From positions 1 to 64,000 of the IMG/VR virus record IMGVR_UViG_3300042473_001540: a stretch of DNA of 64,000 nucleotides; one strand, given 5' to 3'. Below, piece after piece: positions 47,401 through 57,180 of the stretch. The translations under genes and the position numbers were made by a program. The notes beneath the pieces were generated by a model. It was not told the DNA's origin, searched no databases, and saw only the letters and a program-made list of their open reading frames with translations. Numbering within the stretch: position 1 is the stretch's first letter; every line of letters begins with the position of its first letter.

Positions 47401-47949
47401 ATGACTGAGATTTTCTGCGAAGAAATTGTCTTCCATTTTAACAAAAAGAACTTGGAAGATCCCGCTGTACCAATGTGGACCTTGAAAACCAAGGGCCAGT
47501 CACTATATGTGAGCCACGTTAGTTGCGAGTGTCCTTGGACCACCAAGGAAACACCTGATAACCAATCTACTAAAGGATCAATAAAAGTTAAGAACGCACT
47601 ACTAATCATCAATGATTTCAATGAGGCAACCTTGCGACCAGCGACCTCAGCGGACAAGGCACGTTTGAAAGGAGAATGCCTGGTTAGAGTGGGCTGGTTG
47701 GGATTGGACCACAATGTGATGAAGGAGTTTTTGCAGAAGAATGAAATTGCTACCACCGAATGGAAAAATCTCCTTGGAGGATGTGGCAGCAGCTATTGGA
47801 TAACTGATGTGTTGAGCAATAGTGATGTAGTGCAGATGGAATTGGCACTTTGGGGAAAATTCAGAAGGCTACAGCCCAACGAGCCATTGTATAGAGGTTA
47901 TGATAGCGCAGGGAATGAATGGATTGACGATGATGACGAGGGCGGTTAA
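47401..47949 (+). CDS. Hypothetical phage protein
   Basis: FHFNKK...TKETPDN...KGSIK; AAGGA RBS. Confidence 0.65.
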   Translation: MTEIFCEEIVFHFNKKNLEDPAVPMWTLKTKGQSLYVSHVSCECPWTTKETPDNQSTKGSIKVKNALLIINDFNEATLRPATSADKARLKGECLVRVGWLGLDHNVMKEFLQKNEIATTEWKNLLGGCGSSYWITDVLSNSDVVQMELALWGKFRRLQPNEPLYRGYDSAGNEWIDDDDEGG

Positions 47950-48152
47950 CTCATCCAAGCCAGCATGAACGCTGTTTTCAACTCATTGTTAGGAAAGTAT
48001 ATCAAAAAGTTGCCAGTGGGGGTTTTGATAGCCTTAGCCTCATAGAGGTCAAACAACCAATCGTGTGCGTCGTTCCAACTGACAAATCCCTGCGAGCGCC
48101 AGAGAAGGGGCCACCAAAGGCTGTTGCGAGTCACTAATACTGAGTCTGTCAT
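47946..48152 (-). CDS. Small F-x-L-x-W family protein
   Basis: FPNNELKTAFMLAW. Confidence 0.6.
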   Translation of the reverse strand: MTDSVLVTRNSLWWPLLWRSQGFVSWNDAHDWLFDLYEAKAIKTPTGNFLIYFPNNELKTAFMLAWMS

Positions 48153-48379
48153 TCACTTGCCCACGAGAGTTGAAATTGAACTTTGGTATCAGCATCAGGA
48201 AAACACAAGATCAACACATCCGAATGCTCTACCATAGCCACACCGTATTTTTCCTGCAGAAAATTTCTCAAGCCTTCATACGTGCTGGCGTCAACAGTGG
48301 CAATAAAGTCTCGCCACCAATTGCTGCGCGGCACAACAAAAAGACAACACGCATGAGTCATAGGTAGGCTAGCACTCAT
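48149..48379 (-). CDS. Small F-x-L-x-W family protein
   Basis: FPDADTKVQFQLSW. Confidence 0.6.
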   Translation of the reverse strand: MSASLPMTHACCLFVVPRSNWWRDFIATVDASTYEGLRNFLQEKYGVAMVEHSDVLILCFPDADTKVQFQLSWASE

Positions 48380-48443
48380 AGAGTGTGCGATTCTTGGAGA
48401 GTGATGGGTTCAAAAGATTCACATTCTGTTGCTTAAATAGAGT

Positions 48444-49409
48444 ATGCTAATACGTGAACTTTTGAGTGAAGTCAAGCGGCCTCTAACCGTAGTTGACCTT
48501 CGATATGAAGAACCCGCTGACCCCAAGAAAGTGCTAAAGCACTGGGGGAGTGAGCCCAAAGAGTATATTCATCCTCAAGATGGATATTTTTGGCACTGGA
48601 GTGAAGGCAAACTTTTGCTACACAGTGAGAGAAATGAGCACTACAGTTGGAAAATGACCCAATTGTTGGGCTTGCGCGACTCAACGGAAACAAAGCAGCC
48701 TTTGGGAGAACTTTGGAACACCTTAAATGGCAAGGTGGATTTCAATAATCGTACAGTTACCATACTCAAGGAATATACAAATAACACGTCACGCCAAAGA
48801 GCCATCAGCAATCTTAAAGAATTACAAGATGCATTCATAGTTTTGATGCGTTATGGTTTAGGTGAAGATTTCAAGGTAGCTGGAGTTCCATCACATGTTG
48901 CTAAAACTGTAGGCAAAGTATTGGCCCAAACAGATCCCACTAGTATTGTGCTCAGAGGAGACTCTCCTGTCATGTATCACGGCACAAGTAGTGACAGGTG
49001 GGAACAAATACAACAAAAGGGGTTGCAGCCAGGACACACTGGAGAAGCTTATGCGGATCTGCGTCCTGGATATAGTGAACACAATGTTTATTTGGCAACT
49101 AATCCCAAAGTAGCAGAGTTTTATGCCAAAAGACAGGCCAAGAAAGATGGCAGTTCGTCAGGTGTAATACTTAAAGTAACAGTGCCTGATCCTGCTAGGT
49201 TACTGAGCGATGATGAGTGGATCCCTTCTGGCCAATGGAGCGAGAAAGAACAAAGAGTGATACCGCCTAGCCCCAGTGCTCAATTGCGGCGAGGAGGCAG
49301 TCAACAAGCCTTACGCAGCAGTGGGAGGCAGTTGGGCAGTTTTGCATACCGCGGGCGTATTCCCAGTTCAAGAATTGAACTTGTGCGGAATGTGGCTGTG
49401 AAAAGTTAG
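48444..49409 (+). CDS. Putative ADP-ribosyltransferase-fold (H-Y type) protein
   Basis: MYHGTS...IQQKGLQP...VYLAT...AEFYA. Confidence 0.55.
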   Translation: MLIRELLSEVKRPLTVVDLRYEEPADPKKVLKHWGSEPKEYIHPQDGYFWHWSEGKLLLHSERNEHYSWKMTQLLGLRDSTETKQPLGELWNTLNGKVDFNNRTVTILKEYTNNTSRQRAISNLKELQDAFIVLMRYGLGEDFKVAGVPSHVAKTVGKVLAQTDPTSIVLRGDSPVMYHGTSSDRWEQIQQKGLQPGHTGEAYADLRPGYSEHNVYLATNPKVAEFYAKRQAKKDGSSSGVILKVTVPDPARLLSDDEWIPSGQWSEKEQRVIPPSPSAQLRRGGSQQALRSSGRQLGSFAYRGRIPSSRIELVRNVAVKS

Positions 49410-49413
49410 CTGG

Positions 49414-49611
49414 TTATAGATAAGTCAAAACAAACTGGGTTTTTTCTTCCAAAGAAGGGAATGAGATGGTGATAGACCCGTTCCCAAAATACACTCCTGC
49501 TGCATGATCATTCTCCAATTTCAAAAGCAGCATTGATGGCACAATTTTAGCATCACGTGACATTTCATACCATTTGCTCCATGGAATGGAAATAGAGCAG
49601 TTCATAGCCAA
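49414..49611 (-). CDS. Small F-x-L-x-W family protein
   Basis: FPSLEEKTQFVLTY. Confidence 0.55.
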   Translation of the reverse strand: MAMNCSISIPWSKWYEMSRDAKIVPSMLLLKLENDHAAGVYFGNGSITISFPSLEEKTQFVLTYL

Positions 49612-49757
49612 GTCAGTACAAATTCTGAGTAGTGTTCACTATTCTCAAACTCAATCAAAAATGTGCGCTCGTTAGTGTACTCGAACCTATTAAGTGGTAT
49701 GCTCATCAACCAGGTATAGACCTTCCCTGAGATCTGCAACCAACGCTGTTCGCTCAT
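49602..49757 (-). CDS. Small F-x-L-x-W family protein (51 aa, not in ORF track)
   Basis: MSEQRWLQ...FENSEHYSEFVLTWL*. Confidence 0.55.
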   Translation of the reverse strand: MSEQRWLQISGKVYTWLMSIPLNRFEYTNERTFLIEFENSEHYSEFVLTWL

Positions 49758-49758
49758 C

Positions 49759-49974
49759 TCAATAGTGTTGCTCATTGTCAACCCAAACTAGGCGAAAGGC
49801 TATAGCATCTGATTGATGTTTGAAATAGAAGTTGGCACCAGCACTTCTCCATAGATGCCTAGTGGGGCCAGGATCGCCCAGCGTGCGTAGGCACCACCAA
49901 TAGGCTCCGTAGACGTCTCTAGTGACTCTTACTAAATGAGGCCTGTGAGGATCAGCTGCTGGCGTGCTCATCAC
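49759..49974 (-). CDS. Small F-x-L-x-W family protein
   Basis: FKHQSDAIAFRLVW. Confidence 0.6.
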   Translation of the reverse strand: MMSTPAADPHRPHLVRVTRDVYGAYWWCLRTLGDPGPTRHLWRSAGANFYFKHQSDAIAFRLVWVDNEQHY

Positions 49975-50213
49975 TTTTGTTCCAACACATGTTGCTCATC
50001 AAGGCAAGTCTCCCAGAATTGGAGACAGCAAACGTTTCACATCAGCACGTAGGAGTAGCCTTCATCGTTTTTCATACTTCACATATAGCATGCCTTCCGA
50101 ATTGACGCAAGGTAAATTACCCAGTTGCAGCCCTAGAAAAAATTGTTGACACCAATTTTTTTGGTGCTATATTGCACACATAGCTGAAACAGAAAACGGG
50201 AGTTTATTCTCAA

Positions 50214-50477
50214 ATGACTGAAAAGACTTTCACCTATGTGGGCATTGCCACAATGAAAAATCGCACCAAGTTCAAATATGCCAACGGCAGCATTGATGCG
50301 CGGGTCAAGAGCATGCAGCGGCTGGGTTTCACAAACATTGAGTTTGTGGGGCTTCCAGGTCCCATGACCAAAGCTGATGCCAAGAATTCAATTGCGGCAC
50401 AGGAAATGGCTCAACGCCATAACTTTTCCTTGCCCAAGGCACCTGTGAGTCAAGAGGCTGAGGAAACTGAGGCTTAA
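50214..50477 (+). CDS. Hypothetical protein
   Basis: TTGACA promoter and GGGAG RBS upstream. Confidence 0.7.
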   Translation: MTEKTFTYVGIATMKNRTKFKYANGSIDARVKSMQRLGFTNIEFVGLPGPMTKADAKNSIAAQEMAQRHNFSLPKAPVSQEAEETEA

Positions 50478-50541
50478 AAGCCTTTGACATACGTCTCCCT
50501 GTGTATAGACTTTGAACTAGCATATACACAGGGAGACACTT

Positions 50542-50769
50542 ATGCTGACGCAAACTGAAAAGGTTTTTAACTATCTTGAGGCTGGTCGCACGCTAACTGC
50601 TCCAGAAGCTCGAGCTCGCTTTGGTATTCAAAATCTTCGTGCTCGAGTACATGAGCTGCGTGAAGATGGGGCTAATATTACCACTGTTCCTTATATTCGA
50701 AAGAATGGTCAGCGAGCAGTAAAATATCAACTCATTACCCGCGCCACAAAGCGTGTTTCTCGAGCTTGA
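50542..50769 (+). CDS. Winged helix-turn-helix DNA-binding protein
   Basis: LTAPEARARFGIQNLRARVHELREDG. Confidence 0.75.
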   Translation: MLTQTEKVFNYLEAGRTLTAPEARARFGIQNLRARVHELREDGANITTVPYIRKNGQRAVKYQLITRATKRVSRA

Positions 50770-50859
50770 TAGCTAAATAGGCAGTTGCACAAATAGACTG
50801 TCTAATTAAATTACAGCTGGTGTCACTTACACTGAACACTGGTTTTTTAAAAATAACTG

Positions 50860-50897
50860 GGTGGGTTGAGAGTTTTTCTCAACCCACTTTTTTGTTT
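50860..50897 (+). terminator. Intrinsic terminator
   Basis: GTGGGTTGAGA/TCTCAACCCAC stem plus T run. Confidence 0.75.
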
Positions 50898-50929
50898 GAC
50901 GGGTGGGAAGGATAGTGTATAGTTGATTT

Positions 50930-51352
50930 ATGACAATGCATCTTCTCCCTGCCTTCATCAACACAAATGGCAACACCAAGCGGAAGAAAACACCGCAGCA
51001 GGTGAAAGCTCAACAGGAACATGAAAAGTGGCTGAAAAAGAATGGCGTTCACCCTGAACAATTGGCCAGCAAGACTCAAACTAAAAGCCGCAAGCTGAAG
51101 CTAGATCTTGTCAAGGACAAGAGCAGTGCTAAATGCAGCAATGGTTTTGCCCCAGGTGGCGCCAAGCGGTCAGTGTTTGATAACGAATGGCAAAATCGTT
51201 ATGATAATGATCCTGCTATGGCTGAACGCGAGAAGGCGGCACTTCGTGCTGCTCAAGAAAAGAAGAATCGTGTGATGCCCCTTTTCAACAAAGGCGGTCT
51301 TCAATATTCAGGCAATCTCAAGATGACAGAGCTGGGTAAGCGTCGTCCATGA
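50930..51352 (+). CDS. Hypothetical basic protein
   Basis: ORF after TTGACG promoter; PLFNKGGLQY. Confidence 0.7.
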   Translation: MTMHLLPAFINTNGNTKRKKTPQQVKAQQEHEKWLKKNGVHPEQLASKTQTKSRKLKLDLVKDKSSAKCSNGFAPGGAKRSVFDNEWQNRYDNDPAMAEREKAALRAAQEKKNRVMPLFNKGGLQYSGNLKMTELGKRRP

Positions 51353-51356
51353 CGCT

Positions 51357-53024
<1,668 letters not shown>

Positions 53025-53045
53025 CTACAACCACTTGGGCCCACA

Positions 53046-53249
53046 ATGCATTTACTACACGAACTCAAAGAGACTTTCTCTCAACAAAATTGGATCAAAA
53101 AGGTCTATGATTGTTGGCTTGTTGTTTGTTTTGTTTTGGCAATTCTTGCATTGTTTGGAGAAATCTCTCTACAAGCAATGAGTGTCTTGATGTTGCCTAT
53201 GGTTGTAGTAGGCTACTTTGTAAGGCTAGTAGTTTATTTGAAGGGTTAA
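53046..53249 (+). CDS. Small membrane protein
   Basis: Two hydrophobic segments. Confidence 0.45.
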   Translation: MHLLHELKETFSQQNWIKKVYDCWLVVCFVLAILALFGEISLQAMSVLMLPMVVVGYFVRLVVYLKG

Positions 53250-53295
53250 CTATCCAAAAGGCAAGGATAGTGAACTGGTAGTGTAGGAATAGTCA

Positions 53296-53332
53296 AAAAA
53301 AGTTGGCTTGGAATCTAGTTCTCCAAGCCAAC
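53296..53332. terminator. Terminator between convergent genes
   Basis: A run, then GTTGGCTTGGA/TCCAAGCCAAC stem. Confidence 0.65.
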
Positions 53333-53359
53333 ATATCCTGGTCTTGAGTCCTAGCTGGG

Positions 53360-53824
53360 TTATTCTCTGTTTTGTTTTGTTGTCGCACGTAACATCCAAC
53401 CGTGCTTGGCATGCCTCTCTAGACGTCCTCCTAGGAAGTTGATAAGACCTTCATCATTGGAGATTTTGGCTTGCTCAACAGCTTTTTTCAGGCTGTCAAT
53501 TACACGATCGTTGGTTTCCAGCAACTTGCTGACCATAGCACTGCTGGTGGGAATCTTGCTGTCATCTTCAACTGTAGCCAATTCTCCCAAACGACCAAAA
53601 TTGAATGGCACATATTCATCTAGTGCACGGATCTTTTCAGCAATATCATCCACTGATGCCCAAAGCTCTTCGTAGATTTTTTGAAACAACTTGTGGTATT
53701 CATAAAAATCTCTGCCTTCCACATTGAAATGATACTTGTGTGCTATCATATACATGGTGAAAGTGTCGGCCAATACAACTTTCATTGCGTTGCCTAAATC
53801 GCTCATTTGGTTTTCCTCAGTCAT
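53360..53824 (-). CDS. dps: Dps ferritin-like protein
   Basis: HKYHFNVEG..F.EYHKLF...DDIAEKIRAL, KHGWML. Confidence 0.9.
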   Translation of the reverse strand: MTEENQMSDLGNAMKVVLADTFTMYMIAHKYHFNVEGRDFYEYHKLFQKIYEELWASVDDIAEKIRALDEYVPFNFGRLGELATVEDDSKIPTSSAMVSKLLETNDRVIDSLKKAVEQAKISNDEGLINFLGGRLERHAKHGWMLRATTKQNRE

Positions 53825-54290
53825 CGTTTTCCCTATTTATAAGGGTTGTTTCATAGTTCACACCCGCAGCCTTGAGCATGCTTTGACTGACTTGAATTTG
53901 TTCACTCCATTTGGTAAAGAATATTCCTGTGGAGTCTAAACAAGCTTGGTCCACAATCAAGTGTGTTATGCCGCTTTGGATGATTGCTCGAGTGCAATCA
54001 CAACAGGGCCAGTGTGTTACAACCAATGTACAATCGTCACAACTGATGCCGTTGCGTGCACACGCATAAACTACATTCCTCTCCGCATGCTCAAACAGCC
54101 AGTTCTTTTGAGGTTTTTGCCACACATGGGGGTCACTGTCATCAATGTTGCGTGGTGGGCCATTGTAACCAAAGCCACGAGGATTGCGATTCTTGTCAAA
54201 AATTACAGCGCCAACTTTGATCTCATCTTTGCTCCAGCTGGCTACCTCATGTGCCAACCTTAACCATCTTTGATTCCATTTATGTGACAT
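53817..54290 (-). CDS. dCMP deaminase-like protein
   Basis: GYNG, HAERN, PCCDC. Confidence 0.85.
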   Translation of the reverse strand: MSHKWNQRWLRLAHEVASWSKDEIKVGAVIFDKNRNPRGFGYNGPPRNIDDSDPHVWQKPQKNWLFEHAERNVVYACARNGISCDDCTLVVTHWPCCDCTRAIIQSGITHLIVDQACLDSTGIFFTKWSEQIQVSQSMLKAAGVNYETTLINRENDD

Positions 54291-54355
54291 AACGCAAATA
54301 TCCCTATATCATATGAGCTTAACTTAAATACGTCCCTAGTGCAAGGCCCTTTGAG

Positions 54356-54847
54356 ATGACCAAGATAGTGTTTTTAGACTTTGACGGCGTGTTATTACCT
54401 GATCCTGATGCTAGAGAGCAAGCAGAGCAGGGACTGACTACCAATAACTATCTCTCTAAAGTTGTATTCAATCCCAGTTGTGTGAAAAATTTGAATGCCT
54501 TGCTCAAGGCAACTCATGCTGAAATAGTTCTCAGCACAAGTTGGGCTGAGGGACACAGTGTTAGTGAAGTCAGCAATTGTCTCATGCGCAATGGTATTGA
54601 TCCTTCCTGTATATTTGAATACGATGATCCCAGTGAAGGCAATTACATGACTCCTAGACAGCAAGGGTCAAATCGGGGTCAAGAAGTTTTGAACTGGATT
54701 GCTGATCATCCTGAGATTGACACTTGGGTAGCAATAGATGACAACCCAGCCATCTTGTATTTGAAAACCAATTATGTGAGAACACATCCTGATCATGGTT
54801 TTGACAAAGCCAGCTTAGCAAAAGCCTTGAGCATTTTGAACAAATAA
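54356..54847 (+). CDS. HAD phosphatase (RNA-repair-associated type)
   Basis: FLDFDGVL, VLSTSW, RGQEV..W, VAIDD. Confidence 0.75.
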   Translation: MTKIVFLDFDGVLLPDPDAREQAEQGLTTNNYLSKVVFNPSCVKNLNALLKATHAEIVLSTSWAEGHSVSEVSNCLMRNGIDPSCIFEYDDPSEGNYMTPRQQGSNRGQEVLNWIADHPEIDTWVAIDDNPAILYLKTNYVRTHPDHGFDKASLAKALSILNK

Positions 54848-54893
54848 TCTACTTAAATAATAACTGTAAATTATCCTAGGGAAAGCAGGCATT

Positions 54894-55307
54894 ATGGTAG
54901 GGTTTGTAACAAACAATGGTATTTCATATGCAGGACAGCATCTTTTGATTGACTTGTATGACTGTCAACAGCATGGTACCCTTAACGAAATTCAAGAAGT
55001 TATGGAAGACAGTTGTAAGGCTACAGGCGCAACTGTGCTGTTTTCATATCTGCACCCCTTTGATGGAGGAGGGGTAAGTGGTGCTGTGATATTAGCTGAA
55101 TCCCATGAATCCATCCATACCTGGCCTGAATCAAAATTCGTTAGCTTGGATATTTTTGTGTGCGGCAATTGTGATCCGCATCAGGCAGTACCTATACTAC
55201 AGAAATGGTTCAAGCCAGCATATTCTTCAATCAAGATGGAATTGCGGGGCATTGTGAAGCCAAATAAACTGCCTGTTGACATAAAGCAGTTTTGTCCTCA
55301 TACATAA
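54894..55307 (+). CDS. speD: S-adenosylmethionine decarboxylase proenzyme
   Basis: GQHLLID, GVSGAVILAESH.SIHTWPE, DIFVCG. Confidence 0.9.
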   Translation: MVGFVTNNGISYAGQHLLIDLYDCQQHGTLNEIQEVMEDSCKATGATVLFSYLHPFDGGGVSGAVILAESHESIHTWPESKFVSLDIFVCGNCDPHQAVPILQKWFKPAYSSIKMELRGIVKPNKLPVDIKQFCPHT

Positions 55308-55309
55308 TT

Positions 55310-55621
55310 ATGTTTGAATCAATAACGTTTTTGGAAGTATTGCAGTTCAGAGAGGAACGAAGTGACAAACTGTGGGGTCGTTTTCAACTTGACGATGATA
55401 CTTGGCATGTATTCTGGTGTGCCTGGAAAGGCAGCAGCAGTTTCAAAACACATGGTGTTGGCTGGGAAGGTATGATTGGCTCACAGCGATCCAAAAACAC
55501 TAAGTTGAAAAAAGGTTACAAAACAATTGACTACCAGGAAGTTGTCAAAGACTGGCCTGAATTTCCCACTATGATGTTGGAAAGATTCACTTGGCACAAA
55601 TTGCTGAGCTCTGCAATTTAA
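55310..55621 (+). CDS. Hypothetical protein (WGR-like)
   Basis: SDKLWG...KLKKGY. Confidence 0.55.
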   Translation: MFESITFLEVLQFREERSDKLWGRFQLDDDTWHVFWCAWKGSSSFKTHGVGWEGMIGSQRSKNTKLKKGYKTIDYQEVVKDWPEFPTMMLERFTWHKLLSSAI

Positions 55622-55641
55622 ATACAAGAAAAGGATACCCC

Positions 55642-56187
55642 ATGAGCTTACGAAATCATATTTGTTTAGTAGAGGCTGCATCTCTCATAGAGCCTATCAA
55701 GATCACTAAGCTGCCTTATGGATTGAAAGATCTTGAACCAGCAATGAGTGAGCACAGCGTAGATGTGCATTACAATATTTTAACAAAAAACTACTTCAAG
55801 AAGTACAAAGCCACTGGTGACTTGTTTCAAAAAGCAGGTGCCCTATTACACAATGACTTCTTTTGGCCACTAATGCAACCTTATTCAAAAAACAACCAAC
55901 CCGGTAATGCATTGGAAAAAAAGATCTCATCAACGCACGGAACCTTAGATGCGTTCAAGAAAGCTGTGGTAGATGCAGCGTTGACTATCCAAGGCAATGG
56001 TTGGGTATTGATAATGGAAGATTTACAAATACAAACCATCCAGAACCATGTTTTGAAACCTGGAATTGCCATGGCAATAGACCTTTGGGAACACACTACA
56101 GTTGATTACGATTTCAATCGGGAAAAGTTTTTCACGGAGTTTTGGAATGTAGTGAACTGGGATCACTTGGAACTCAAAATCAAATGA
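55642..56187 (+). CDS. Fe/Mn superoxide dismutase
   Basis: LPY..LEP.MS...HY, HNDFFW, QGNGW, DLWEH, FWNVVNW. Confidence 0.85.
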   Translation: MSLRNHICLVEAASLIEPIKITKLPYGLKDLEPAMSEHSVDVHYNILTKNYFKKYKATGDLFQKAGALLHNDFFWPLMQPYSKNNQPGNALEKKISSTHGTLDAFKKAVVDAALTIQGNGWVLIMEDLQIQTIQNHVLKPGIAMAIDLWEHTTVDYDFNREKFFTEFWNVVNWDHLELKIK

Positions 56188-56516
56188 AATCTGTAATAAA
56201 CTTAACACCATCAGCTGAGCAGCACATAGATCTCATATTGTCTGAGGCAGTCCAAACAGTGTTCGTAATAGGCCTTGACAACAAAGGCTGTTCCGGACAT
56301 AGTTACGTTTATGAACTGTGTAATAATGATCAACTATCTAAATTTGATGAAACTATTGAAATTACAAATGGCACTATTGCCATCAAAGCTGATAGTGTAA
56401 TGAAATTATTGGGCAGCACATTGGGCTTGGAAAGCGATTTATTTGGCAAAAAGTTTGTTTGGACCAATCCTCATGTATCTAACACCTGTGGCTGTGGCAA
56501 AAGTGTGAGTTTTTAA
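56184..56516 (+). CDS. IscA/HesB Fe-S assembly protein
   Basis: GCSGHSY, NP...CGCGKSVSF. Confidence 0.88.
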   Translation: MKSVINLTPSAEQHIDLILSEAVQTVFVIGLDNKGCSGHSYVYELCNNDQLSKFDETIEITNGTIAIKADSVMKLLGSTLGLESDLFGKKFVWTNPHVSNTCGCGKSVSF

Positions 56517-56521
56517 CTTAG

Positions 56522-57127
56522 ATGATCAAAACAAACTATTCCAGTAAACTGTTTTTTGGAAAGTATAGCACCAAAATTACGGTGTCAACTGTTGTACCCA
56601 GCAAAAAAAGATATAATTATGGATATCCAAAACCACCTGAGGTTTTTGTTATACACGACTGGTGCAAAGATAACTTTGAAGAAAGCTATCTAATAAAAGA
56701 TCATTTCATCAAGACCACCAATGATCTTCAATATCATCAAATGGTTTATACGTCTAGCCTTGTGGACAAAAACAAATTAATTTTGGAATTTGGAACCAGG
56801 ATACTTGAAATAACACAACCGTTGAACTTGGATCACGAAAAATCTCTCGATGTAAGAAATCTTGTGGTAGTCAGAAAAAATCTCCTGTTCAACAAATACA
56901 AATATAGTGTCTACTTCAAATATGACCCAACTCATGAAACTTGGGACTGGCTCAAAAACTTTTTCCAAGATGAAACTGATTACAAGCTTGTGCCTAGCTC
57001 TAATGATATAACCTCATACCCAGTTTGGCCCCGAATTTATTTGACTGATGACACTCACCTCATGAGTTTGAAACTCATGTGGCAGGAACGCATTGATTAC
57101 ATCAAATCTGTAGAGTTACTGCCCTAA
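56522..57127 (+). CDS. Hypothetical protein
   Basis: 201-aa ORF in operon. Confidence 0.65.
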   Translation: MIKTNYSSKLFFGKYSTKITVSTVVPSKKRYNYGYPKPPEVFVIHDWCKDNFEESYLIKDHFIKTTNDLQYHQMVYTSSLVDKNKLILEFGTRILEITQPLNLDHEKSLDVRNLVVVRKNLLFNKYKYSVYFKYDPTHETWDWLKNFFQDETDYKLVPSSNDITSYPVWPRIYLTDDTHLMSLKLMWQERIDYIKSVELLP

Positions 57128-57180
57128 ACCTGTTTTCACAATAGCCTTAAATATTGGTAATCAAAAATAATGGATTACCA

